From NCBI GenBank assembly GCA_022813965.1, contig JALDZS010000001.1, positions 248,001-312,000 of the forward strand: 64,000 bases of DNA, written 5' to 3'. This DNA is from Toensbergia leucococca (lineage: Eukaryota). Both the position numbers and the translations under genes were made by a program. Shown piece by piece: positions 1 through 13,789 of the stretch; the first letter of the stretch is position 1, and the number at the start of each line of letters is the position of its first letter. The notes below the pieces were generated by a model. It was not told the DNA's origin and did no database searches. It saw nothing but the letters and a program-made list of their open reading frames with translations.

Positions 1-2731
1 ACACCATATTGGTAACCCAATACCTTGACCTCTCATCATGTCATGTCGGGAAAGAAACGGGAATTGATTCGTAAGTGGAAGCACTAATGCATGACTGCAG
101 CTTATTTTCGTTGGAAACCGGGGAGCCATTCTGATCCAGCACTTACCCAGCCAGCCACAGCGTGCCACACACGGTCACCAGGTAAGTGGTAACCTGTCTG
201 TCTGTCTCTCCCTCTCGGCGAAATGTATTAGCTCGCCGACGTCGTGGCATCTTGATTGGTTACCGTGAGATAAGGCACGGATGCCTGTATCTGATTGTAA
301 GAATACATGTTAGAAGCTTTCGTTCTGATCATCATGGCCAGCCCTTGCCAGCGTCACAAGTATTCTGACTTTGATGCTGATGATAAGCTAGATCTAGTAG
401 AGCGTCTTCAAGACCTGAGGTAAATACAGGCCACCCGTCCTAGGTATTCTACTACTCGAATGACTTGTCGTTGTTGAAAGAAACGAATGCTTTGATATCA
501 CTGACGTTTGACGAGATGTATGCACCTATGTGATACAGGCAACAGTCACTCGTCCTTGGTGCCATCATACTTTCCGTAATCGCTTTGCTATGGAAAGTAC
601 CGACCGACGCAGATCATGCAGTAGCAATTGAAAGAGAGATTTGGCACTTGATAGGCTCGATAGCTAACCTCCAACCGAACACTAACAGGCGACCCGCTGT
701 CAAAAACCTTATTGTGGGGACACTTGCATAGTACATACTCGTAGTCTCGTCAGGACGAACAATGAAGCTCTGCGCTCAGTCATAATCTGTCATCTGTCAT
801 CTGCATCTCGAACCAATGCCCAGTCCAAGCTCCTGCTGATCTTCTTCTTTCGTGTCTCAATTCTCCTGTAATTCGAAGCATGCTGAGTGCAAAGCGCCGA
901 AAACATCCTGTTGACTATCAATCTAGAATCAAATTAGCTCAGCTTCAATGCATCCCTTAGCTATGGTAGCCATTCAGCAGCCTGGCTTTCTCCACCAACT
1001 TGTCATGTCATGCTGATCTCGCCAATCAGTGGCTGCATCTGTATGCGACTCGACCAGACGTGCGACGTGGGGGGACACCAACTTTCGTACGAACACTTGG
1101 TGCGTGTTTGTCCTATCTACACGCGTGCAACTCGAGCTTGAGTCTTCGGATCTATATCCAATCATTTATCTCTAGCCATTTGTCCGGCTTGTCTGCTTTG
1201 GGAACCACATATATATTCGTCATCTCGTAACAATGATTCTTGGATGATGCCATCCTTCCTATGACGTCTGATCGGATTCTTCGACGCTTTGAGTATGTTA
1301 GAAGTATGTGTCTCTCTTAGCCTTCGGTACTACTCGTTGACTTTTAGCTTCCTTTGGGTATTCTTCATTGTCTCTTAGCAATCAGTCCCAGTACTGCATG
1401 GTAATAGGCACCAGTCTGTCCCTCTCGTATGACGAAATTGTTTCTCGCCCACACACAGGAAACTCGCCTATTACGATATTTTTCACCTGCTATCGCTGTC
1501 TGTAAGGCTCATACTCTTACTATTTTCCTTCGCGTTATGAGCATTCCTTATGAGGGTAATGCAATAAAATCACTCGTATCTCTGTTGAAGCATTCAGCAC
1601 CGCAACTACAAACCACGCAAAGCACAGGAAAAAACACAGACTATACCCACATATCCAGCTAATCCCTTTTCATTTTTCCAACAACGTCGGAGTAACCCCT
1701 ACATCAAACCTCACCTACCCTGTCTCAACGGCCACGCATCCCAAAAAATCCCAGAGAACCCCTTCCCCATACGAGCCACACCAAACGCATACATACCATC
1801 CGTTATCTCACCAACAAGCCTTGTACTCGTAGTTGAACCCAACCCGCTCTTCCGCTTCATCCGTGAATGGAATGAGGTCGGACTCAATTTCGAACGACAC
1901 ATGCGGAACTGGTATTCTGACAGGATCGTTGGAGTGGAAAGAGCAAGTTGAGAGCAAGCTGAGAACGGGGTGGAAGGGGGAAAGTGGGAAGATAGAAGGA
2001 GTAAACCGATCCGCCTGACTTGCTTTGCATTTTCAGGTCGTCTCAACATATCCTCACGACTCCCCAAGCATTCACACAAAATCTCTCCCCCGATCAATCC
2101 ACTCAGTAAGAGAGAACAAATCTCGCACATTAAACTTCTCAAAGACCCTTTTGTTTCTGAGCAACAGGCACTCCCCCTGCCCTGGCCCTCTTGTTCACTA
2201 ATATCCACCTGAAATAACACGTAATCCACCATTTCACCCCCTTGTAAAAAGATGCAGATGAGATTACTGAAGGAAATAGGGGGGAGGGGGGTGAAGGGAG
2301 TCAGTGGGTTTTGGGATAGATATAATCACACGTCTTGTTGTACTAGAAAGCAAAGGGAAAAATGGCGAGGCAAAAGTCTAGTTTAGATTAAATAATTAAA
2401 TACTTACAGCATCAAATTCCTCAGCGATAGGTGTTTCCCTTTTCCCAGAAGCAAAGGAACAGACTGCCATGAGGATATCTCCGTCTAGATTAGTCTACTT
2501 TCCATGACTTCCATATTATCCAACCAGATTCACTTTCCTTTACTTTTGAGAATCCAAGCAAACATAGTCACCAAAGCCCCCACCCACGAGATTCTCCTTC
2601 GTATCTCCAAAGGCAATATGAAAAAATTCCGCATGCAACGACTCTCACATTCTCAAAACCATCCAAACCCAAGTTCGGTCCTTTTTCTGCCAAACTCGCC
2701 TCCCCTCTCAAAAGGCCCAATTCTCACTTTT

Positions 2732-4927
2732 TTAGATGTCCACCTTCCCAACCCCATTCACCATAGTCCCTCTCGCCATAATCTCCTCTAAACACCCTGC
2801 GCTCGCAGCTACGAACCCCAGATAAGGCTTACTGGGACTCAACACACGACTCAAATACTCTGCCCGCAACAACACAGTCTCAGCTCCCTGTCCGACAGTA
2901 ATATTCACAATGAAACAAAGCTCGACAAACTGGGGGCTTAGAACTCACCAGGATGGAATTGTACGCCTACGAACCAAGGATGATCTTGCAGCTCGAGAAT
3001 TTCCATGCGCTTGCCCGTATCGTCTTTACCAATGAAGGAGAGACCGTGTGAAGTCAGGGTCGGGATGTAGGTGGGGTTTACTTCAAAGCGGTGGCGGTGG
3101 CGTTCGGAGATTATCGAGGCTTCGGCTGGAGATGTGCTTGTGGTGTCGTTGATAGTGATGCCGTTTGTGGTGGCGCTCTTGGTGGTTGTGCTGGGGAATT
3201 TGCTGGAGGGAATCGTTTCCGAGCTGTAAAGAGCACGGAGTTTACTCCATTCGCTTTCGGGCTGGAAATGCGTAGGCCGAAGGCCGAGGCGCATGGTGCC
3301 CCCGAGAGTTACTTGATCAATTTCCGGCATCAAGATTACGACTGGGTCAGGCGTCTGCTCGTTAAATTCATAGGATGCGGCGTTTGGGAGGTTGCAAACG
3401 TTGCGGGCGAACTCGATGACCGCGATTTGCATGCCTAGGCAAATTCCGAGGTAGGGGGTTTTGTTCTGGCGGGCCCAGTTGGCGGCCGCGACCATTCCTT
3501 CTGTGCCGCGGTGACCGAAGCCGCCTGGGACGAGGATGCCTTGCGCGGTACAGAGTTGGTGCCAGGCTTTGTGGAACTCGGCAGGGGATTTGGTTGACGT
3601 AGCTGTTTCGAGGTGGGAGGCGTCGACCCAGATGAGATTCAATTCTCGGGTGCAGGCCATGGCGGCGTGTTCGAGAGATTTAATGACGGACATGTACGAA
3701 TCGTGAAGATTTGTGTATTTACCGACGAGGGCGATAGATACAGATTGGTAAAGATGGTCTTGAGACGATGTGAGGGTTTTCCAGGAGTGCCAGGTTTCGG
3801 TGCCTTTTTGGACGAGGGCTGGGGAGATGGTGAGGACATCGAGGCGGAGGATATCGCGAAGGAGGGGGATGAGGCCTTGTTGCTCGAGGATTAGGGGAAC
3901 GTGATAGGTAGAAGAGACGTCATGTACGGCAACGACTTGGTTGGGTTCGACTTGACAGAACATGGCGATTTTGTCCGTAGTGGACTTTTCTAGGGGTTGA
4001 GAGCACCGGCATGCAATCTGGGTAGAATCAGCACATACTGCCTTCATATCGAGTATACATGTTTCGTACAAGATCCGGGCTCAATCCCGAACTTCGCACA
4101 TCGCGGATCGATTGTTGTGTCGGCTTCGTCTTTTGCTCCCCCGCAGCTAGAGGAATCATTGAGACATGTATCTGGAAGAAGTTGTCTTTTCCAGCTCTCC
4201 TTCGCAATTGCCTCATGGCTTCGATGAAAGGCCCACTCTCAATGTCCCCGACGGTCCCGCCAAGCTCGATGATGCAAACGTCAGGCACTTCGTTTGTGTC
4301 ATCCACCGGTACCCTCGCAACCCGTTCAATCCAATCTTGTATGGCATCGGTAAGATGGGGCACTACTTGCACCGTTCGACCAAGGTAGTCGCCTCTCCGT
4401 TCGCGCTCAATGACATGTAGGTATATTTTCCCAGTCGTGATGTTGTTCTCTCGAGTCAAGGTGATGTTAAGGTAGCGCTCGTAGTTGCCCAGGTCCAAGT
4501 CAACTTCGCCGCCATCATCCAACACAAAAACCTCGCCATGTCTAGCATGCTTTAGCTAGGAATGACGACTGGGTGTCCATTGGGGAAAGCTACACACTCT
4601 GTCGGGGCCATGGTTCCTGCATCGACATTCATGTAGGGATCGATCTTGATTGAAGTGACGTGCACCAATAGTCAGTCTCATCGCTTTATTACGCACTTCG
4701 ATACGTGTCTTCAAAGAGAACATATCTTCAAGCCAACTGTCTGAAGAAGCAAGCCAGTGGAAGAGGCTTCAATCACGTCAATAAATTTTATATGACCGCG
4801 TAGGGTGGTGGCATACCAATTATGCCTTTTCCAATGCCGCTCATACCGCCTGCATACTAACGTCAGAGGGCAAAATTTTAAGCGTGAGGGGGTAGTTCTT
4901 ACCTCCAGAAACAAGGACGTACTTCAT
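2732..4927 (-). CDS. URA7: CTP synthase (7 exons; intron 3 is AT-AC)
   Basis: Spliced N-terminus reads [76 protein letters not shown]. Glutaminase motifs [18 protein letters not shown] and GVQFHPE(YLSR) follow; stop at 2732-2734. Confidence 0.97.
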
Positions 4928-5649
4928 GATGGCGTTCAGAGCTATGGGTGCCGGTCCTGGCTATTGCCAGGGGGAGAGAAGAAAGAGAAATTGATTGCGG
5001 ATGAGGGGCATTTATCGAACCCGAATTTTAGCGCGTTATATGACGGAAGACTAAATTAAAGTTGCCGACAAATCTAATTCTAGATTTTCTTTTTCTTTTT
5101 TTGAACAAATCTTCAACAATGCGTACATCTGATCAGCGGCCAACACATGCTACTGTGTGGTTGTACCTCTGCATAGAAGATGGTCATCACCGATGTAGAC
5201 AAAATCCATCACATTGTGGACGCATCAGAACAAGAGATGATAGGGCCACCAGGGCGATTATATCACATGCACCATAGAACATTAGGAAAATAATTTTATA
5301 AGGTGAAACTTCGATTACAAGAATTGACTGGCACGAGGAATTGCCAAAAGCTGAGAACTGAATGTTGTACGGATATGAAAGAAGAATTTAATTATGTCGG
5401 CAGATTGGATTCAGCATGCTAGTAAATCCCAATCATGTCCTTTACACACACGTGCCTTAACTTGTAATAGGAGCTCCCTATGTATGAACTCGTACATAGT
5501 ACGGATACATTCGAGTAGAGAATGAATTCCATGTTCTAGCCTTTAAATGTTAGCTACTGTTTAATATTGCCACAACTTGCATACACGTTATATTACTTTA
5601 AGAGGTGTACCTATTGGTCTTGAGCTAGGCCAGCTGCACTCAATAGTCC

Positions 5650-8600
5650 CTACCTCCATCTTCCAGCCTCCCGCTCACTCTCTACTCTCATCGCTCGTGC
5701 TTCGTCACTCTCCTCATCCTCATATTTATAGCTAACCCGCCTCCCGCTACCGCTACCTCTTACTTCAGTCTTACTGTCTCTCCTCTTCCCAACAGGACCT
5801 TTCCCTTCCATCGCCTCCCTCCGCTGTAGCTCCTTCTGGAGTCTTTCCCGGTTCCGGGCTTCTCGTTCTAACGTATGGTGGTCTGTTTCCGGCTTTTTAC
5901 CTGCTGAGGCAGACTTTGGCTGGTCGACAAGCTTCTCCTGTGATCGTTCACCGTTGACATGGTTGGACCTCGGAGTCTCGGTACCGTCACGTTTATTGCG
6001 TCTCGAAGAACCTCCTTCGTTCTCTTTCTCTTCAAGTCCTTCCGAATGTCCCCGTTTAGAACGCTTCCGTTCACGATAGCGATCTTCATCGTCTCTGTCG
6101 CGCCGTTTGCGTGTCGAGTCTTCGTTCTTTTCACTGTAGCGAGAATTCGTTAACTCGGCGAGTTCTTCATCTACTATAACTTTCGCTATATCTGTTTCGT
6201 CGTCACGCGATCTCGACCTTTTACTCCCACGACGTCGCTCTTCTTCTCGCTCCTTACTTCGATCTCGTTGGGACCGATGTGAGCGATGACTGCCACGGCC
6301 AGCGTCTTTGTCGTAGTCATGGTCGGGTTCGCGATAGCTTCGATGCGATGATCTCCTGGAGGAAGATTCGACCGACGTATCCCGTTTCTGAGGCTCCTTG
6401 GTTTGGTGGCCATCGGCGATTTCTTCATCATCATATTTACGAGAACGTCGACGATGGCGTTCGCGTCGCCTCTGGCGTTCACTATCCTCAGAACTACTGG
6501 CAGAGCGATGACGATGAGTACGGTGGTGACGAGAGTGGCGGTGATGACGGGATGGAGAGCGAGAACGGGACGTGGAACGGTGGCGAGGGGCCGAAGGGCT
6601 GCAGTACTTCTTAGCGAGACTTCAAGAACTAATGCAGTTATGCAAGCTTATGAACGTACCTTCTCGACCTCGTAGGTCCGTTGGAGCGAGCATGAAGAGC
6701 CATGGAAGCACGACCAACAATGGAGAGCCCCGTTCCGCCTCTCATACCATGATTCAGTAACCCTTCTCGTAATGCTTTAGGACCCTTGGGCGCTCCTTCA
6801 ACACCCAAGCCTTTCGGCTCCGTCGGAGCGATGATAGGAGGATCTGTAGCGGGAGTGAGCTGCATGGACGAAGAGTGAACAACGGCGCCATTGGAAAGGT
6901 ATCCGGAGCCTCGACCACGCAATCCGCCTCGATATGAACCGCGACCTGAACCGCGACCTCGGGCATTGTAATCATATGATTGATCAACCGAATAGAGAGC
7001 TGCTGGTCCAAGAGGTATGACTGGGTTAGGTGGAGGCATCATTGCAGATTGAACCGATGCAGCGTTGTCAGGTCGGCCAGTGTCTGGCTCTGGTGGATCA
7101 GTAGATATAAATGTCTGGATCGGTGCGGGCTTAGCCTCCTCTATGTTCTCGGATGCCGATGTAGCTTCGACCGGTGCCTCTGATTTTGTAGCAGCCTCGA
7201 CAGGATCTGATGTGACCTCTACGTTTTCTTCACTGTGGGAAGGGAGATTAGTGATCTCCTGAGTTTCACCTTCACCCCCTGGATTCAACTCTTCGTTCAT
7301 TTGCTCATCTGCAGCCTGACCTGCGCTCGTCACCGCAGCGTCAGTCACCTGCTGGGCTTCTCCAGACGACGACTGTTCCTGACCTGTCTGCTGTTCTTGT
7401 TTCGCGGACTGCTGTGATGGACTCTGATGCACAAGCTGGGGCGGTATTTGATGATGGAAAGGCTCGTAGTTAGCTTGATTACCTGGCATTACCTGATTAA
7501 AGCCTCCTCGGCCGCGGTTGGCATTATGATATCCACGTCCTCGACCACGACCTCGGTTGTGAAAGGCTTGGCCATTGTATCCATTTTGGACATCATTATT
7601 TGGGAACTGCTGGTGATGCATCTGGTTGAAGTTTCCTTGATGCGGTGGCATATTATATCCAGCATAACCATTAGTCCCGAAGTCACCACCCATACCATTG
7701 GCATGACCACCATATGCATTTGGATTGAATTTATCTTGTCCTGCATTCCACGATCCGGGCTGCCCGTTGAATCCTCCAAACGCTCCTTGCCCAGCAGTGA
7801 AGCCCATGCCCATGTTCATGCCGTTCATCCCCACACCCTGCCCACCGAATCCTCCATACATACTCTGAGAAAGGGCCATCGGGTCCATCCCCATACCAGG
7901 CATACCTAGTGTTACGTAGTTAATTTTTGTATCCTAGTCGAAAGGTGGCAATATCAGGAAGCCTGACTCACCCATCATATTTGGAAAAGCCCCCATCGAA
8001 GGATTTGGCATGCCATTGGGCATAAATTGCATCATCTGACTAAAATCGCTGGCACCATTAAATCCCATGTTTGGGAATCCAAAATTTGTGCCGTCGAACA
8101 TAAAGCCATTACCAGCCATCCCATGACTTGATCCAATATTTGACGTCCACTGATCGTTCGAGCCTGGGTTCTGCCCATTCCTTTGCTGTTGCTCCAACAC
8201 TGATCCATCTTGGACAACTTTATCCTGTTCGGAACCAGTCTCACCAACCAATCCCTGCGGTCTATCGAGCATGTCTTCGTTTGCGGACTGGATTGCATCA
8301 GCGACGAACGATGTCGGCAACGTATTTGTAAGCCTACCTCAATAGAAGGTCTCGGTATATCCATCTGTGCTTCCATAGATGGAGGCTGCCCATCTCCCAG
8401 TATATCCGAGCCAGTAGCAGATGGGGGCCCCTGAGATGTATGAGAAACGTCACATGTAGTCTGCTTCATGGCGACATTAGGCTCGATACTGCCTTTAGAA
8501 GATTCTGTCAATCCGCGGGAAGGCAAAGGAACAGGTGTCTCTTGGACGCTTGAAGTGGTTGGGGTAGCTTGTTGGTCATCCACTTTTGCTTTCTTTCGCA

Positions 8601-8980
8601 ATGCTTCTCTTTCCATTCCTTTCTTCCGAAGAAACACCCTTATGGTAGTCCGTAACGCTTTGTTTGGCTTGCAGTCATCTGCCTTGACGGGTTCGTGCAA
8701 ACATACGGGGCAAGCTTGAGGCAGCGTGGATTGGCCTTCACATTGTCAACATCGAAATTCTATCTACTTGTCGACGAGCCTGGCACTTACATGTTTCACA
8801 TATTGACTGTTCACAGCAAGGCGTACGAAACGCGTTATTTGCCAGCTTGTTACAGATTGCGCATCGGAGCTTCACCGGGATTTCATCCATTGTGAGAGAT
8901 CTGGAGAAAGACTTGTCAGTTTCATGGCCGCTCAGCGCTCGGGAGAGTACTAACGCGGCGATGTCGGCCGGAGGTTCCAT
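5650..8980 (-). CDS. RING-finger protein with long Gly/Asn/RGG-rich and RS/RE-rich low-complexity regions (probably RNA-processing related)
   Basis: CAIC...PCCEQSICETC...CPVC RING split over exons. Middle has RGRGRGRG and MG-rich stretches; the Arg/Ser/Glu-rich tail ends SYKYEDEESDEARAMRVESEREAGRWR*. Introns are canonical GT-AG. Confidence 0.8.
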
Positions 8981-9665
8981 ATTGGTTGGTTGAGTTCTCA
9001 TTTGCTAGAGTTGATATCGTGTCCCAAGGACAGGATCTTATCTGTGGTTGGGAGAAGCCAAAGGCGACTGACGCCTAAATTACTCCCATAGGCAGGATGC
9101 GCATACAACAGAGCTGGCTCAAGAAAAGTGATACAACAGGAATCTTGGCTGTGGTACGACCAGTAGTCTTGTGTCTGGCAGCGAGGATTGAAGACAATAA
9201 AGGCCTAATGGTGCGTGAGTAGTTCGTAACTTACTTTGTGAGAAGTGACAGAAGACGTATTGTAAAACGCGCTAGTAAATACTCTATGTCTTTGGATTGT
9301 TCTGGTTGTGACTTGTGTTGACGTCGACACTAAACGGAAGCCTCCCAATACACCTCGCGATTCCACAACGATGACTTCTGGAGCTGATAATTTCAATGTT
9401 CAGTCAAGACGCAATGGATTCACCAAGATGAATCTCCGCTTCGCTTGGCGTTGAAATTCCTCAATAGATAACTCGTAAAAGTAACACGGTTATAAATGTA
9501 AGTACCTACTCTAAATCCAAGATGCAATCAAATCGCTTGTGACTTGTTCCCATTTATAGGAGATGGTATTTTGTATGTAGTCTTGAATGCGTGCTGACTC
9601 GATGGTAGAATACCAGCTACCACAAGCAGCACCGGAACAATCCATACAAATCTCATTGAGTCATT

Positions 9666-11020
9666 ATGATACTTGGTCAAATAACTTATATTGACTGTCT
9701 TGTCTTCTTGATATTCCTCACGCCCCAACTACTCCTTTATGTTGGCCTTTTGGGGACTATTGCTTGTGCTTTGAAGGCACTTCCCTTTTTCCGTGAGATC
9801 AGTTCCTAGAAAAGTTTCAAATCATGCAATCCGCTCATTAGGGCTAATTATCATGCAGTTATACGGTTACCATTTCAATTCACCATAGAAAGATATCTTA
9901 CCTTGAGACGTTGTAGATCTCCCTTCGTCCAGCAGGCCTCACTTTTTCAAGACTTTATCATCAGATGCGTTCGGTATAGCTTTGCCAATATTCCGGCGAA
10001 TATAGGTAGAGTGTTTTTTTCCAAGGGCGTGGCCTTACCGTTTTTAAGATTTCGTATGCTCCGACACGGCTATCTGAAGTCCCCAATATCCTGGCATGAA
10101 ATTCAGACCGTAAGAATCACCGACTCAGGGGCTTTTACGATTCGTGTATTGACAAAACTGCGTTCAAGGACAGTTTCGCAGGCCTTTGGATTATACATGA
10201 TGAATTGCAAAAGCCGGATATGGTGTTATACTACTGCCATGGTAAGCCGAGTTGCTACCCATCCAGGCGATCTCTTTTCGGTCCAATGAGCTGACACCGT
10301 TAAGGCGGTGGGTTTTCCATGGGATCTAGCTATTTCCATCTGGAATTTCTACTAGCATGGTCCAGCCTCCTGAAGGCTGCGGGATATCAAAATCCTGCCA
10401 TTTTTGCCTTGGACTATACATTGGTGCCAGATGCGATTTACCCTGCTCAACACAAAGAAGCTATTGCTAGCTACAACTATGTGTGCTCTTTGGTCTGTGA
10501 TGCATCACGGATATGCGTGGGGGGAGACTCAGCAGGGGCAACGCTGGTCTTGAGCCTATTGCTTCACATATCCAAATCACCGGATCACGAGAAGCGCCGT
10601 CCGGGATATGCTACTTTGATATCCCCATGGGTCACCCTTGTTTCTGCTAATGATCGAGATACGCCGAGCGATTACCTGAACACCGATAGCCTTCATTTAT
10701 ATGGAAGACAATACGCTGGCTCTGAGGCGAATCTAAATGATCTTTTTGTATCTCCGGGTGCCTGCAAAGATGCACATCTGTGGGCGAAAGCATCGCCTGG
10801 GTTCCTCTTTCTCTATGGCTCGGAAGAAGTATTTGGGCCTGAGATACGCGATTTCGTTGCTTTATTGCGCAGTGGAGGGTGTTCTGTCAGTGTCAAGGAG
10901 GAGCCCGGATCCATACACGCTTGGCCATTGGCGTCAATGTTTCTTTCCGATACCCGAGCGGAGAGACTGAAGGGATTGAGGAGTCTTGTTAAGTCGATTG
11001 AACAAAATATACACATCTAG
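9666..11020 (+). CDS. Alpha/beta hydrolase (HSL/Say1-like esterase) with hydrophobic N-terminus
   Basis: HGGGF oxyanion motif spans an intron; GDSAG nucleophile motif; LDYTLVP and ISPWV; catalytic His in HAWP. N-terminus MILGQITYIDCLVFLIFLTPQLL. Confidence 0.88.
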
Positions 11021-11365
11021 AAGTCTCATTGCTGGGAGTACATGGAGGCGGAAAGTACAATCATTTTTAATTGTCATGGTATCATTGATTAGCCAATAAA
11101 TGTCATCAAGATGGACTTGATAGATTACGAAAGACATGGCCTTGAGGCCATAAATTATGTAGATAGGGTTAATTTCATAGGGCAAGGATGACGTAGAATA
11201 GCAGGCTCCGAATTCCCGGAGCTGGCGGATACGAGATCAGGCGCATGCCCACTTTCAATATACTTACTTCGAGCTGTTCTTGCAGCGGATAGTCCATTGG
11301 CCTGGGCATACTATCTTCGACCTTTGCCCTCTATTCAATTGCGTCCGTGTGAGCCTCAGATCACA

Positions 11366-12566
11366 ATGGCCGTAACGAAAATGCCGGGGCAGGGACCTCC
11401 TGCCGGAAAAATTGAACTCTACTCAGGGACTTATTTCGGCGCTTGCGCCATGGGTGGTGTCATTGCATGCGGCCCAACCCACACTTCTGTAACGCCTTTA
11501 GATCTCGTGAGCTCAGTGATGTTCTGGGGTCAATAGATGCACTGACCCGACCTGCTGTTCAGGTCAAATGCCGACGGCAAGTCGATCCTAAGATCTACAC
11601 TTCTAATGTTTCCGCCTGGCGCAGCATTTACGCCAAGGAAGGAATCCGGGGGGTGTTCTTTGGTTGGTCTCCGACGTTCGTTGGATACTGCTTCCAGGGA
11701 GGGGGGAAGTATGGATTCTATGAGGTGTTCAAGCACCTTTACGGTGACAACCTGTTCCCAAATACCAACAAAACTCTCATTTTCCTGGGCGCATCTGCGT
11801 CGGCTGAATTCTTCGCCGACATGGCTCTTTGCCCGTTCGAGGCTATAAAGGTGAGGATGCAGACAACGCTGCCGCCCTTTGCAAGCACATTGAGGGAAGG
11901 GTGGGGAAAGATCGTCGCAAAAGAAGGTTATGGAGGACTTTATAAGGGGTTGTATCCTCTCTGGGGTCGTCAAATTCCATATACAATGGTCAAATTCGCT
12001 ACCTTCGAAACCACTGTGGACTACATATATAAGACCCTAGGAAAGCCAAAAGAAAGTTTCAACACACTTCAACAAACGGGTGTGTCTTTCTTGGGAGGGT
12101 ACATTGCGGGTATTGGATGTGCTGTCGTTAGCCATCCAGCAGATGTCATGGTCAGCAAACTGAATGCTGATAGACAAGGTAATGTTCCGTACCCTGAATG
12201 GGTTAAACCTGTTGCTCATTGTAAATCTAGCTGGTGAAAGCGCTGGTAAAGCAGTATCGAGAATCTATGGTAATATTGGATTCAAGGGCTTATGGAATGG
12301 TCTTCCCGTAAGAATTGTGATGGTATGTTCCCCTCCTTGATTTTTTCATATCCTTGATTTGCTAACGATTTATTAGATTGGTGATTACTTTCCTTAGAAC
12401 TTTCTCTATCACATGTCTGACACGTTCATAGGTACTCTGACTGCGTTCCAATGGTTGATCTACGACTCCTTCAAGGTGAGATTTCTTGCCAATGGTTTGA
12501 ATCTTATGTTTGCTAATTTGTATTGAAAAGGTCTCTCTTGGCCTTCCTACTACAGGAGGACACTAA
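11366..12566 (+). CDS. PIC2: Mitochondrial phosphate carrier (SLC25A3/Pic2-like)
   Basis: Carrier signatures [20 protein letters not shown] and [21 protein letters not shown]-terminus [31 protein letters not shown]. Confidence 0.93.
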
Positions 12567-13114
12567 ATATGTCATTACGCTTCAGTTTCATGGTTTTTTT
12601 TTTGTTGACTCCAAGTATGTAAGTCTTGAAGCTTCGATCAGACAATCGTAGATAGAGCTTAAATAGGGCTCAGAACATCAAGTGCAAACATGCCAAACAT
12701 GAATTTAATCCACAAGGTGTGCCGCTCATCGCCCTCTATTTTCTAGCTATCTCCCCTTCGCTTTCCGCTGCTGTGATACAACTTAGATGCTCCCTCTCAC
12801 TTCGACGTCAGTACGTCTCCGTATCTTGCTCCTGCAATTTTTTCTCAATGGTTTTCACCTTTATCAAATTTTTATGATGGTTTCATACCTGCAGACCAAA
12901 AACAGCAGCTATACTAAGGCGTGACGGATGTCACTGAGACTGAATGATAATGCTGAGTCAAAGTTCTCACAATGCTTTTCTTTTTATTTGGTTAAACTCA
13001 GCCCATTTATTTTAAAGAATAAAAAATAAAAAAAAGGCAAAAGTCTGTGTTCAGTCCCTCATATCCCTCCAACAAGAGCTTTCAATGAGGAAAACTTTTA
13101 TGACAAAATTTTTA

Positions 13115-13789
13115 GGGTACTGATAACTGAAGACTCCCTTTAATATCTGAACACCCCCCTCTCACCCCTCTCACTCAGGGGCGCAAGATCACCGAGAAAA
13201 ATTTTATCATTCTGCATCACATTTTGCCTCAATTTTCTCATCACTTTTGGATGGTATACCTCATAATTCATGTGTCATCTACTACCTTCACTGCAGTAGA
13301 GAATCATCCTAATATCATATCACATTTTCACTTATCCTGATTCTCCGCTTCTTTTCCTCACCCCGGGCGCAATATCAACGCGTTTCACCTACTCATCATG
13401 AATGATGAGAGGAGATCTGAAGGTGAAGGGTGAGGGTGAGGGAGAGGGAGAGGGGGAGGTGCAGGAGCAAATGGGAACGTCGCCGTGTCTGTGAATAACA
13501 GAGTATTTTATGAATTCGGAAGGAGGCGATTCAGGAGGTAGATAGCTTGCAAAATTGCGATATTTTTGCGCCCGGGGGTGGCGGGAATTGAGTCAGAATG
13601 TGGTCCAGAAGCATGCTTTTTCTCCTGGGTAAAAAGCCTTCTGAATGACATACGAATCATGAGGTATAGCGTGCAAAAGTGGTGGGGAAATCGAGGCAAA
13701 ATGTGGTGCAGAATGATAAAATTTCCTTCGGTGATCTTGCGTCCCCGAGGGGGGACGGGTGGGAGGGGGGTGTCCAGTTATCAGTACCC
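13115..13789. mobile_element. Degenerate foldback/MITE-like element with long inverted arms
   Basis: 13115-13278 aligns to the reverse complement of 13645-13789 (shared GGGTACTGATAACTG, CGCAAGATCACCGA, AAATTTTATCATTCTGCA, CACATTTTGCCTC). A second inner match pairs ~13358-13377 with ~13559-13580. No transposase ORF. Confidence 0.7.

Noticed and set aside
1630..2232. 173-aa minus-strand ORF and a protein-like alternative frame with stops
   Set aside because: No recognisable motif or clear ATG start; skewed composition can produce such frames.
4660..4725. U12-type (minor spliceosome) classification of the AT-AC intron
   Set aside because: The donor is ATATGT rather than ATATCCT, and there is no TCCTTAAC branch site; the signals are U2-like.
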